From the NCBI GenBank assembly GCA_964016885.1, contig OZ024743.1:35402001-35466000 (forward strand): a stretch of 64,000 nt of DNA. The letters run 5' to 3'. Shown here in pieces: positions 37,701 through 51,895 of this stretch. This DNA is from Eledone cirrhosa (lineage: Eukaryota). The position numbers and the translations under genes were made by a program. The first letter of the stretch is position 1. Every line of letters starts with the position of its first letter. The notes beneath the pieces are model-generated. The model was not told the DNA's origin. It searched no databases and saw nothing but the letters and a program-made list of their open reading frames with translations.

Positions 37701-37968
37701 GTGTACATAGGTGAGACAGCTCGTAGTGTAGGGGAACGGATAAATGAACACTGGCGAGACCTTCAAGATAGTAAAGAATCATCTGTACTCTACCAACATG
37801 CTAAAATAGAACACAAGGGTAAATTAGAGAACATAGAAATAAAAATAGAATATACACACAGAAAAGACGCAATGTTTAGACAAATTACAGAGGCAATAAA
37901 CAAAAGAATTACAACCAAAATTAAATAGAAAATATGAGTGGAACAGCAACATCACAACTTACAATTAA
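34794..37968 (+). pseudogene. PLE polyprotein (N-terminal domain, Asn-rich tract, RT, Zn linker, GIY-YIG), frameshifted near 35310 and 37900
   Basis: LSVLCLPPRF..KLRW; PTDKSG; LYGLRKDHK; RPV; SMDVVSLYPSI; QEEGAAIG; YSRYVDD; CIDKKCITC..C; VVYSIRC..C..YIGETAR..ERINEH. The shifted frame ends PKLNRKYEW..TAA at 37968. Confidence 0.88.
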
Positions 37969-38168
37969 GGACAAAATGAAAACACACACACACATAGAAC
38001 AAACAACCAACCAGTAACATGTAAATAAACAAATAAATAAATGAACATAAACACACACAGACACCTGGATGTGGCACATGCGCAGACTGAGCACACAACA
38101 CACACACAGAAACAAAATGGTGTAGGACAGAACAAAGGAGAGGCACAGAAACAAAGAAAGGAATCCCC

Positions 38169-38213
38169 AGTCACTGAAGAGGTCACAGAGTGTGTGACGA
38201 AAGAACTATGACT
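38169..38213 (+). ncRNA. Minimal type I hammerhead ribozyme of the PLE
   Basis: agtca-CTGAAGA-g-gtcaca-gagtg-tgtgac-GAAA-gaac-TA-tgact, ~200 nt downstream of the ORF as expected for PLEs. Confidence 0.8.
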
Positions 38214-38415
38214 ATATATAAACAACTATCTGGTTGTGGAACCAACCAACCAACCAGAAATTTATAAATTTATTATAAATTTATTATAATAAATTGAAGT
38301 GAAAGCAACTGGTGCGTGTGTTTCTTATTGGCAACATGACCCTCCCAAAGTATAACAATATCGGTTTCAACACACGATTTCAGATAAAGAATCTTGCTAA
38401 ACAAATTCAGAAACG

Positions 38416-38483
<68 letters not shown>

Positions 38484-38484
38484 T

Positions 38485-40617
<2,133 letters not shown>

Positions 40618-40748
40618 CTTGACTCTGTATTCCGTTTATCTTTCACCGAAAGTGATTTTTGAATGCATCTCTTCTTTCCATGATATCCGGATTACATTGA
40701 GTTCTTCATACGGATTGGACACTACCGTAAACTTTTGGTAGATTTATC

Positions 40749-40839
<91 letters not shown>

Positions 40840-40978
40840 GTTTGAACAAGTGTCATATGATAAAAGAAAATGTGTTCAATATCACATGCATCTGTTGATG
40901 GTATTTGAAATTTGTTCGGTAGAAGACCTTCTTACAGCTGGTCACCATTAATCTGTAGTGAAATATTATCAATTCAAC

Positions 40979-41094
40979 ATGGCTGACATCCGATTAGCAA
41001 GTTCTTCTATTCGAGCCAAAACTCAGTTTCAGCCGTCAGTGGAGAACTTGGTTACTCCTGGAGATGTCATTACATCCGACACATGCTTCATGAG
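40979..41094 (+). CDS. EXOSC2: Exosome complex component RRP4, coding exon 1
   Basis: MADIRLASSSIRAKTQFQPSVENLVTPGDVITSDTCFMR, matching RRP4 LVVPGDTITTDTGFMR; donor gtaacg, phase 2. Confidence 0.9.
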
Positions 41095-41392
41095 GTAACG
41101 TTAACTTTGGTGGTGTTTTTTTTTTTTATAAGAGTGCTTTTGAATTTATTTCTACAGCTTCTCGCTTTTCGATCTCAGTCACATGTTGGTAAAAGGCTTA
41201 GAATGTTTTGATTATAAACTATTTAAAAACTTACTATTTGAATAATTCCGTGTGTTGTGAGAAGTAAATTTTAAAGTTTCGTGCAAAACACTTCTTTAGA
41301 GATGAAATCTGTTGGAAGGCTGGGGAATCCTTGACAAAAGATCTCGAAATATTTAAACGAAAACATTTTATCGGTTTCATTGCACATACACG

Positions 41393-41423
<31 letters not shown>

Positions 41424-42861
41424 CGGAGCATGCAAATTGTATTTGGTGAATGTTGTTATTTTGAGATAATGGATCCTCCACCTCGTTCAACGATGAGTAT
41501 TCAAATGTCTAGAGACGTGTATCCTTAACTTAATTCTCATGCAGAATCAGCGTAATGTGATACTATCCGACAATCCTGGACACTTCGATTGCAGGTGCGA
41601 TCCATCAAGCTCCAACAGAATTTCTGTGCACCAAATTCCACTTTCAAGTCTTGGTTCCACCGGTATTTTTACTTTAAAGCATTTAATGAAGAGTGAGGTG
41701 CGTGGAATGTGGGTTCGAATCCAGGGCCGGATTGCGTGTTGTGTTCTTGAGCCAAACACTTCATTTCACGTTGCTCCAGTATAGTCAGCTGAAAATGCGT
41801 ACTAGCAATAGTTGGGGGTTTAATTCTGCGATGGACCGGCATCCTATCCAAGATGGAGTCTTGTGCCCTCAGTCGTTTCATGCCATGGACATCGGAATAA
41901 GCACTGGCCCCAATGAGCCTCTGAGCTTAGACTTTTTTTTTTTTTTATAGATGTATGGATGTAGCAAATCTGAGCAGAGAGATTTGAACTTTTATTTCCT
42001 GGTTGACAAGATAAATCCTTTTGACTACACACGCTGACTCTTTGTTAGATGGGTTATCATGTCTTGTGGTTAGATTACCCAGGTGGCCACGTTTAGCTCG
42101 TGTTCCATTTTTAGCATGGTTTCTACAGCTGGATGCTCTTCCTAATACCAACCACTTTATAAAGCGCATTGGAAGCATTCTATCGTGATTACGACACTAC
42201 CACCTTACAGTGTGGACTGGGTACTTTTTTTATAGTGACTTCGCATACTTGATTTGAGGGTGGATTGGGTGCATTTTATTGGGGCACTGGTACCACCCTA
42301 TTACAAGTCTAGAGTGTCAGATGAAAAGAAAGGAGTTGACTATCACATTAAACCAAGGAAACTGTTTCCATTGTTGTTATCTGCCAATTGTAACTCTTGA
42401 CAGAAGGAGGTTGGATTTGAACTGAGGATGCATAGAGTTGATTCACCATATTAATATATAGCATTACCAGATAAAAACAGTATGGCAGGTAGCAACACTT
42501 ACATGGAAAGTCTGTTGGATACTTTCAGTTATATCTGATATCTGTTTAGTTCTGTGTTGCAGCTTTTTAATGGCTTTTTGAGCTGACTTGCTTTGCTTGA
42601 ATTATATGTAAAGTTAATATCTTAGTAATGAAATATTTAAAGGTTTTAGTAAATTTTTAAAAAATGTTCACTAATTAATTTGAAATAGAGTGTATTTCAT
42701 TAGAAATATGGTCACTAATTAATTGAAATAGACTGTATTCAGTAGAAATATGGTCATCACGGGTTGCTTTTTTTTCACTCTTTTATGGGCTTAGGCCATG
42801 CTGGGGCACCACCTTTGAACTTATTTATGAAAGGCTATCAATTTTCTGTTTTGGTTTATAG

Positions 42862-42963
42862 AGGACATGGGACCTACACACAAGATGACCGACTTCATGC
42901 TTCAGTGGCTGGTGTTGTAGAAAGAGTGAACAAGTTGATCTGTGTCCGTCCTTTAAAAACAAG
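42862..42963 (+). CDS. EXOSC2: RRP4 coding exon 2
   Basis: GHGTYTQDDRLHASVAGVVERVNKLICVRPLKTR; tatag acceptor, gtaaag donor; 102 nt. Confidence 0.95.
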
Positions 42964-43677
42964 GTAAAGTATCACATTCTTTTCAAAGAACCCCAAGGAT
43001 TCATAGCGCTGCTCCTAAATCCCTACTTTTTGTGTATACCATTAAATGGAAGAGAGACAAAACTCCTCTTAGGATGTTCACCAGAGTGATGGAGTTATGG
43101 CCCTTATGTCATTAGTCACCATCTAAATGAATGATTTTCTTAAATATTGGGCAAGAACTCACATTTTTGGTGAAGAAATATAGTTGATTTAAAGCTATTC
43201 AAATACCTGATTATTATTTCTTCAACCCATGGAGGATGAAAAGCAATGTCAGCTGTAGTGAGATCTGAACTCAGCATTTAAAGGGGTATAACTGAATACT
43301 GCAAAACATTTAATTTAGTTCATTTTTTATTGATAAGCTAAGAGGAAGGGCCAATGCCCATTACTATTATCAAAGGACTCCAAGAATGGAAGGAGGAAGC
43401 TATTCTCAAACCAAAGAACTGGCTTGAATGCTTGCACCCCACTAAAAGCATTTATTCAAAAGTTTTGGCTACATATACTTACATTATGATCATTATATAT
43501 AAAATGTTATCCCTTTTTAAGCTAGTAGATTATTTGAGGGTGTCTACTTCTTCAATCAAGTTGAATGTTCACATAGAGGCTCCCTTATTGGCTCAATTTA
43601 TATTCTTTGTACTACTTGTCTATACTGCTAATTGTTAACATTTGTTTATCTCTCTCTGTTGCTGATGTGTTCTCTAG

Positions 43678-43813
43678 GTATAATGGTGAAGTTGGAGATG
43701 TTGTTGTTGGTCGAATTATTGAAGTAGGCCAACGTCGATGGAAAGTAGATACACATTCCAAACTGGATTCTGTCTTGATGCTGTCTTCTGTAAATTTACC
43801 TGGTGGAGAATTG
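43678..43813 (+). CDS. EXOSC2: RRP4 coding exon 3 (S1 domain)
   Basis: YNGEVGDVVVGRIIEVGQRRWKVDTHSKLDSVLMLSSVNLPGGEL; tctag acceptor, gtaagg donor; 136 nt. Confidence 0.95.
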
Positions 43814-45077
43814 GTAAGGGACTTTTTTTTCTTTAATCATTACCATAGGCAGCAAATTGGCAGAGTTGTTAGAACATTGGATAGAATGCTTCAAAGTATT
43901 TATTTCAGCTCTCTACACTCTGAGTTCAAATCCCCTTTGCCTTTCATCATTTTTGGTTGATAAATAAAGTACAAGTTCAATTCTTCCTCTCTCTCATTTT
44001 CTTTCCTCTTTCTAAAGGGATAATATATGTATCACAAAATTCCATCAGGAATTCAGACCCCTTGGAATCATTGTTATCAATTTCTATTCATTTATTCATG
44101 ATAGCATGGATTGGAGATTGTTTCACTCAATGCATACCATTTTTGGCATGGTTTCTATGATTGGATGTCCTTCCTAATGTTAATCATTTTACAGAGTGTA
44201 CTGGGTGCATTTTATCATGCCAATGCTAATTGTACTAATTCACTGCTTTGTATGAAATAAGACATTAAATTAGTGATGCTGGTGTTGTTGGTAATGATGA
44301 TGATGGTAGCAGCAATATTGGTGGTGATAAACAATGTTGATCACTCCTGGTTTATAACACAAAACTGCTTGTTTTAAAGTGTTCATATTTAAATTTAACC
44401 CCTCCAAACTTTTTAATAATGTTCCAAACATCAGTTTAATAATCATTTCTGATTAAGGCACAAAGCCAACAATTTTGTGGGGCGGAGGGAGTTAATGAAA
44501 TCAATCCTAGTGCATTACTAGTAGTTTATTTTATTAATCAAAGCAAAACTAACCTCGGTAGGATTTGAACTCAGAATGTAAAGGGACGTAACTATATGCT
44601 GCAAAGCATGTTGCTTGACACTCTACTGATACTGCCAACCCACCACCCTGACAAATCTTTCCAAATTGTACAATATTTTCAAAATAAATTGAAACACATG
44701 ATCTGTGTAATTCATTACCCTTTCATTACCATATTCCTTATGAAAAAAACTGCATAGAATTTTCAAATAATTTTGAAAATAATTAAAAATATAGAGGAAT
44801 TCAGTATTGTAACTAACTTTCTTATTATTAAGTTGGTGTTTAGAGCATAACTTAACAAATATCCTTACATAAAATTATGATGGGAGATTTTTATGATAAA
44901 TATAAGCACTTTAAATCAAACCAGAGGTGGTTTCAACCAGTTTAGTAACAAGGTTGTAGATGGAGATTAGTCTTTTGAAGAAGAATCAATAAAATGATTT
45001 ACTAGTGACATTGTTGAACCACAGCATGATTAACTTTTATTGATGATTGATTCTATTTTTGTATTTGTTTCATGCAG

Positions 45078-45143
45078 AGACGGAGATCAGAAGAAGATGA
45101 GAAAATGATGCGACATTACTTGAAAGAGAGTGATCTCATCAGT
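45078..45143 (+). CDS. EXOSC2: RRP4 coding exon 4
   Basis: RRRSEEDEKMMRHYLKESDLIS; tgcag acceptor, gtatccttt donor; 66 nt. Confidence 0.93.
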
Positions 45144-46251
45144 GTATCCTTTATCTCTCTCCCCCTCCGTTTATCCCCCCTCTCTCTTTGTTTCTCTCTC
45201 TCTCTGTTTATCTCTTTCTCTCCCTCTCTCTTACAGAGAATATTTTAGTTTGTTGTCTTATTGATTTGTTAGCTTAATCGATTATTTATTTATTGATTTG
45301 TTGTTTGTTCACGGTTGTTGTTATTTAGCCCCAAGTCAGCCCTGACCAAACAGACCTTATAATCAAAGACATTCTAACTGTGATCAACCAGTCTTTAACT
45401 CTTTTGATATCAACTCACCTGACACTGCTACTTATTTTTAAAATGTTCATACTTATAGTAAAACCTATCATAATTTTATTTAAGAAATTTTTGTTAATTG
45501 TTCAAACATCAGCTTACTAATGAAAAGGTTAGTTAAATTTTTCAAAATTATTCAATTATGTGTATCAATTAATTTTTCAAAATTTTTCAACATTAATTGA
45601 TACACATAGGCAGTTTATTTAATTAGAAATGCAATAACAAAAAGGTTAATGATATCTAAATTTTTTGTTATTGTTTAACCTCATGTCCGCCCTGATCAAG
45701 TAGCCTTATAATCAACAGTATTTTAACAATGACCACTCTGTCTTGCATATCTAAGACTACTATTCAATATATTCTTCCTTTTTAAAGATGGTTTGTCTAC
45801 AATTTCCAGAAAACTGAGTGACTACATAAAGGCTCCCTTGTTTGCTTGTCTATGGTTTGTGTTTGAACCCTTCATCCAAATTATTGTTACATGACTTACA
45901 TAATTTCTTCTGGGGCTACTTATGTTTAGCCCCAGGTTAGCTCTGAACAAGGACCCTTATAATTAAAGGTATTCTATGACCATGACCATCACATTTTTTT
46001 TTCAAACATAGTGTACCCCAAACTATATATTTTTTGACAGTATGGTGTGTTTTGGGGTAAATTTTACTACTATTTCTAGAAAGTCAAGCAACCATGTATA
46101 GATTCCTTGTTTGTTCATAGTCTTAGTGAAATATTTGACTGAAGTATCAGAATTTTGTTAAATGAAATCATCACTTCATGATCCTGTTTATCCTGACCAA
46201 ATGTAGAATTTATTTCTATCCACTTATCTGTTCTTCCTTAACTGAGCAAAG
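45144..46251 (+). other. EXOSC2: U12-type (minor spliceosome) GT-AG intron
   Basis: 5' splice site GTATCCTTT; branch point TTCCTTAAC at 46234-46242, 9 nt before the intron end; no polypyrimidine tract; joins DLIS/AEV in frame. Confidence 0.93.
45395..45649. mobile_element. TTAA-flanked MITE (piggyBac-like ends); relatives at 54891-55149, ~62948-63112 and ~44300-44950
   Basis: ttaactcttttg...caaaaaggttaa; shared internal caaaca(c/t)cagctta and aattatt motifs. Confidence 0.55.
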
Positions 46252-46320
46252 GCTGAAGTACATTCTGTGTTTTCTGATGGGTCTTTGTCCTTACATACAC
46301 GTAGTCTCAAGTACGGCAAG
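46252..46320 (+). CDS. EXOSC2: RRP4 coding exon 5
   Basis: AEVHSVFSDGSLSLHTRSLKYGK; donor gtgagt; 69 nt. Confidence 0.95.
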
Positions 46321-46739
46321 GTGAGTGTGATTTTCAAAAGGACCATATTCCCATGTAATAGTTATATAATTAGTGTGTATGTATGTATATATACGGTGAA
46401 AGCTATTCTATTTTCTAATTTCAAACCTGCTCACTGTTTCAAAACATACTTACTTGCCATCTAAACTCGCTAAGAATGTAGCTTCTAATTTGAATGGAAA
46501 GAGATGGGTGATGTGTTAGTGTAATGGTAGCACAGTGGTTGCGATAACCAAAGATGTGGGTTCGACGCCCATGTACGTCAATACTCATCTTTTTCCATTT
46601 ATCTGAGGGTTCTAAACCCCATTATCAGGCTAAAATTCCTTTAGTCAAAAATACGGTGAAAGCTATTCTATTTTCTAATTTCAAACCTGCTCACTGTTTC
46701 AAAACATACTTACTTGATATATATATATATATAAATTGT

Positions 46740-49155
46740 TACGCTGAAAAGAAAGTAGCATGTAAGTGCCATTATGAAAGATTACTAAATGAGGAAAATG
46801 CTTGGGAGAAAGATAGTCTACTCCAAGTGGACCCAACAGAGGATCCAACCGTACAAGTCAGCAGCAGCATAGTAGAGCAATTAAGGATATGAAGATGAGG
46901 AAAGCAGCCAGTCCATCAGGGATAGTTGCTGAGATGCTGAAAGAATCTGGGAAGGTGGGTCACAGCTTAACCACATATATTGCAAACCAAGTAATACAAA
47001 ATGTTGTCATACTCAATGAGATGCACTAGATAGAGAAAACTATAAAAGCATCAGGTTGATGGACCAGATTATCAAGGTCTCAGAAAGAATTATAGAACAG
47101 TTGATCAGGGACTGAGTTAACCTGAATGAGATGATGTTTGTATTTATGCCTGGTAAATGTACCACTGATGCCCTCATCCTTGTGAGGCAACAACAGGAGT
47201 AGTACTTAGCTAAAAGTAAGCTGCTTTACTTGGCATTTGTAGACTTGTAGAAAGCTTTTGACAGAGTCCCCCATGCCATAATCAGGTGGGCTTTTAGAAA
47301 ACTAGATGAGTGGCTTGTGAAGGCAGTACAAGCCATGTATAGAAGAGCAGTCAACAAGGTTAAGATTAACAATGACACTCTGAGGGTGAGACTTGTAGCT
47401 AGCAGTGGTCGTAGCTCCCTGAACATTTTCCAACCAGTCCTTACTCTAGCTACTGTACTTTTAGAACATCCACCCCCACTGCTAATTTGGTCTCCTAGGT
47501 AGCAGAAACTGTTGAATATTTCTAGGGAGCCCTCTGAACATTTGATAGGGCTTTATTCCTGAGTGATTTTGTTGCTTACTGCTCCTGTGCATTGGCTATA
47601 TGCAAAGCCTACATTCTTTGCTAGACTACCTGTGATCCCACTACATATTTTGTGTACCCTAAGCTTACATTTTGTATCATCATCATCATCATCATCAACG
47701 TTTAACGTCCGTGTTCCACGCTTGCATGGGTTTGGACGGGGGTAGTCCCACTTGAGGCAAGAGTGATTGTCTTGCTCGCATAGGACTGTCTGGCAGGTTT
47801 TCTACAGTTGGATGCCCTTCCTAACACCAACCACATTTACAGTGTGGGTCTGGGAGGTTTTTACCGTGTTGCCTACACGGCCACATTACAGCGTGGACTG
47901 TGTGTTTTTTTGTCGTGACACCTACACGATCTCATTTGTTTCGGCCTGGATGGCGCGGCACCAACATAACTTTACATAGAACGGGGTGGTGTGGATGGGG
48001 TGGGGGTGGTGGTGGTGGGACGGGGTGTATTTTGTTAGAGATGCCTACTGGCTGGAGTAGGTTTTACTATATATTTAGGTAAGGCGGGTCTTCTCTGTTA
48101 CTGAGTACCGCCAAAGGTCTCGGTCCAGTGACATTGTCTTGGAGAGGTGTAAGTGTGTGATGTCGGAGTTTATCAGCGCTCGTCCCAGGTTTTTCTAGGT
48201 CTGCCTATTCCGTGACTACCGTCTATCTTTATTGCCCTGCACTTTGTTATACAGCTATCGACTTTCATGCGCATCACGTGTCCATACCAACGTAGCCTTC
48301 TCTCGAGTAAACAACATCTGATCCCTCTTATCTCTAATTTTTTCCTTAGTTCGTTTATGCTTTGCCGTTCACGTATATTACTGTTACACATCCAGCGGAG
48401 CATGCAAGCTTCGTTCCTCTCTAGTCTGCGTATATCCTCTGCACACAATGCCCAGGTCTCACTGCCATGCAGCATTGCTGTTCGTATGCAGGCATCGTAC
48501 AACCTGCCTTTCATTTTTAGGGAGAACCCTTTAGCAGCTGTGTATATAAGATGGAATTTCTGCCTACTTCTTTCCTGCATACTAAGCACAGCTATTTCCC
48601 TCAGGAATCAAGGCTTAGTTTTCTTTTTTACTTATTAGGACTTAGGTCTTTGCTAGGTTGACTCTAAGGCTTTTTGGTTCCAGGTTTTGCTTTCATGTCT
48701 GGAATTTCTTCTCTAATTTTGCTGCAGTTTCATCAATGAGGACTAGAACATTGGCATATAAGAGTTCCCATGGGCAGCCAGTTTTAAACTCCTTTGTTAT
48801 GGCCTGAAAGACAATAATAAATAAGAGGTGGCTGAAGACAGAGCTCTGGTGGATACCCATCTGCATACTTAATTTGTCACTATATTCATTGTTGACTCTA
48901 ACCTTAGTGACCGCACCTCGGTATATGGCTTGTACCACCTTTACGAGCCATTCCTCTACTCCTAGTTTCTAAGAGCTCACCAGATTATGAGCGGGGAACT
49001 CTGTCAAAAGCTTTTTTCCAGATCAACAAATGCTAGGTAGAAGGGCTTACTCTTAGCAAGGTACTTCTACAGCTGTCTCACAAAGATGACATCTGTGGAA
49101 CCTTTATCCAGTATAAAGCCAAACTGTATCTCATCTATGTTAATTCTATCCTTTG
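46740..49155. mobile_element. Old RTE fragments (plus ~46740-47380; minus ~47393-49155) interrupted by a young RTE-B copy
   Basis: CHYERLLNEENAW on plus; FKTGCPWELLYA and a split PHD region on minus. Confidence 0.8.
47676..48538 (-). mobile_element. Young 5'-truncated RTE family B copy
   Basis: Near-identical to ~15105-15953; (CAT)n tail at 47676. Confidence 0.92.
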
Positions 49156-49451
49156 TTTCGGACAAATGCTGCAGTTGATTCAATCAACAGAACTGCCTAC
49201 TTATAAAATTTGTGTAAGTGGTTGAGCATTCTACAGACACATGTACCTTCAACGTAGTTCTCAAGGAGATTCTGTTTGACACAATGTGTGACAAGGTTAG
49301 CCCCTTGAGTTACAGGTACAACTCAATTTTGCTAACTGAGTGGACTGGAGTAATGTGAAATAAAGAGTCTTCCTCAAGGAAACCTGGTCCAGGAATCAAA
49401 CTCATGACCTTATATCGTGAGCCTAGCATCATAACCACTATTCCACATGCC

Positions 49452-49495
<44 letters not shown>

Positions 49496-50691
49496 TGTAT
49501 ATATGTGTGTGTATATATATATATATATATATGTAGGCAGCGAATTGGCAGAGTTGTTAAGATGTCGGATAGAATGCTTTATGGTATTCATCCCACCTCA
49601 TTGCGTGCACTAAGTTCAAATCCTGCCGGGGTCAAATTTGCCTTTCATCATTTTGAGATTGATAAAAAAAGTACCAATCCTGTACTGGGGTCGATTTTTT
49701 TCAGACCTGAAGAGGTGTTGGGCTCCACCAGGTTTAAAAGTACTCTAGACACACCGTATGACGGTGCCTCTATGACTCCACAAGGAGTTATGGGATCTTT
49801 ATCCTTTATCCTTCTATATATATATATATATATATATATACTAAGGTGTATTATTGGTTGTGTAAAATGGTCCAATAAATTTTTGTTAGCATGTTGGCTT
49901 GCCGAAAACCCGACCATATGACATTTTGTACTGGTTTACCAGTAGTGCTCGAATCGAGAGTGACCTAACACACACACATCATCATCATCACCGTTTTACA
50001 TCCATTCTTCCACTCTAGCATGGGTTAGATGGATTGTCCTGTCGTGGGCAGTGCCCGGTCGGCCGACCTTGTCTTGCTCATACGGGAACTGATTTTGGCT
50101 TGATCTCTACAGCTGGATGCCCTTCCCAACACCAACCTCGTTTACAGTGAGTGATGGTTGCTTTTTTTCTGTGGCGCCTACTCACACACACACATATATA
50201 TATATATGTATATATATTATATAAAATCAAGGGAAAGCAAATATAGAAAAAATTTCAAAATAAATAAAAAAAATTCACTGTACTTACTATATGTGCCCTT
50301 ACCGCGGTTTCAAATCCCAAACAAATAGATAATCCAGGCGGATTTCCATTGAGAAAGAGATTGTCAGAAGGCATTTCTCTCTCGGAGAATATAAAATTCC
50401 CCGAGTTAAAAATTTCAAACTGCCGCCATTCGAAACTGCTTCAGAATGAGAGCAAATGAATGATAAAGCAGTTTTGTCATGGTACCGTGTGGACAGGTCA
50501 ATCCTGTACTGCTAAAAATAGCAGCCACTAACATTTTTTTCTATATTTGCTTTCCCTTGATTTTATATGTTCTGGATTGTTAATTTATTAACTTGCCATT
50601 GAACCACACTGGCATATGGTCGGACTATACTTGTATCCCTATGTGTATTAATTACATGTAGGAACACATACTTTTATTATTATTCTCCCCA

Positions 50692-50879
50692 GAGGCGGTG
50701 GATTGGCAGTATCGGTAGAGAGTCGGACACCATGCTTTGAAGCATAGAGTTACATCCCTTTATGATCTGAGTTCAAATCCCGCATAGGTTAACTTTCCCT
50801 TTCATCCTTACGAGGTCGATAAAATAAAGTACCAGTAATGCACTGTGTAATTACTGGCCTTGTGCCTAAAATAGAAACA
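50692..50879 (+). mobile_element. SINE family 2 with 16-bp TSD
   Basis: TSD attattattctcccca at 50676-50691 and 50880-50895; B box gagttcaaatccc; central tttcatccttacgaggtcgataaaataaagtacc. Other copies at ~33130-33260(-), ~43849-43975, ~44450-44640(-) and ~49535-49695. Confidence 0.85.
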
Positions 50880-51094
50880 ATTATTATTCTCCCCAATGGT
50901 AGAGAAACCTTTGGTCGTTTGAGTGGTTCCTATTTTTAGCAGTACAGGATTGACCTGTCCACCGTGCTTCACCTTTGCACACGGTACCATGACAAAACTG
51001 CTTTATCATTCATTTGCTCTCATTCTGAGGCAGTTTCGAATGGCGCCAGTTTGAAGTTTTTAACTTGGGAATTTTATATTCTCCGAGAGAGAAA

Positions 51095-51177
51095 TGCCTT
51101 CTGATGATAATCTCTTTCTCAATGGAAATCCGCCTGGATTATCTATTCGTTTTGGATTTGAAACTGCGGTAAGGGCA
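51095..51177 (+). ncRNA. Type I hammerhead motif with enlarged (~52 nt) domain II, sense to EXOSC2 intron 5
   Basis: tgcctt-CTGATGA-[taatc..gattt]-GAAA-ctgcgg-TA-agggca. The antisense sibling at 50294-50373 has ccgcgg but a 3-nt core deletion. Confidence 0.65.
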
Positions 51178-51362
51178 CATATAGTAAGTACAGTGAATTT
51201 TTAAAAATTTATTTTGAAATTTTTTCTATATTATTTGCTTTCCCTTGATTTTATATGTTCTGGCTTGTTAATTTATTAACTTGCCATTGAACCACACTGG
51301 CATATGGTCGGACTATACTTGTATCCCTATGTGTATTAATTACATGTAGGAACACGTACTTT

Positions 51363-51411
<49 letters not shown>

Positions 51412-51641
51412 GTATACGCATACATGTACACACATATATGTGAAAAGATTTATATTCTTACAACATGGCTATGATGTTTTTCAGAAAAGTGTGTATATAG
51501 TAATGTAAATTAAAGATCAAGGTTGTGTTTCAAGAATAAATCTATTTATACAATACTAATTTTAACATTGGGTTCCTTCTCAATTGTGGGCCACTATGAT
51601 CATCAGATCAGAACCCAAACTCCTTTCCTCTCTCTCCTATA

Positions 51642-51700
<59 letters not shown>

Positions 51701-51801
51701 ATGTATATATAATGTATTTTGCAATACAATTTATGCTTAATTAAAAGCATTTTGAAGACCGTATGCTATTGTTTTAGAGTAGTGACAAATTTACTTACTT
51801 T

Positions 51802-51895
51802 AATCTCAGCAAACAGGGGAGATAAGCCGACAAGGCCTTGTTTCGCTTTTGTTGAAGCTTATCAAGGCTAACTACCCCTCCTGTCTACTGAGATT
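51802..51895 (-). ncRNA. Degenerate type I hammerhead with long extended stem I, in a 317-bp-period partial tandem (51699-52119)
   Basis: Minus strand: aatctcagtagacagg..agcc-TTGATAA-gctt..aagc-GAAA-caaggccttg-TC-ggct..cctgtttgctgagatt. 104-bp direct repeats at 51699-51802 and 52016-52119. Confidence 0.6.

Larger units (their letters stand above)
34441..38418 (+). mobile_element. Penelope-like retroelement (Neptune-type Cys-rich linker) with rearranged 5' end; 3' end runs into (TA)n
   Basis: RT plus GIY-YIG ORF, hammerhead in the 3' region, and duplicated/inverted ORF pieces at the 5' end. Confidence 0.9.
50221..51368. mobile_element. PLE-type pseudo-LTR remnant: inverted copy (50221-50531), partial copy, nested SINE, sense copy (~50925-51368); (TA)n on both sides
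   Basis: ~300-bp inverted similarity, ~145-bp direct repeat (50535-50680 and 51220-51368), hammerhead motif. Confidence 0.75.

Noticed and set aside
49700-49740. CTGAAGA-ggtg/cacc hairpin
   Set aside because: GAAA and the cleavage site are absent.
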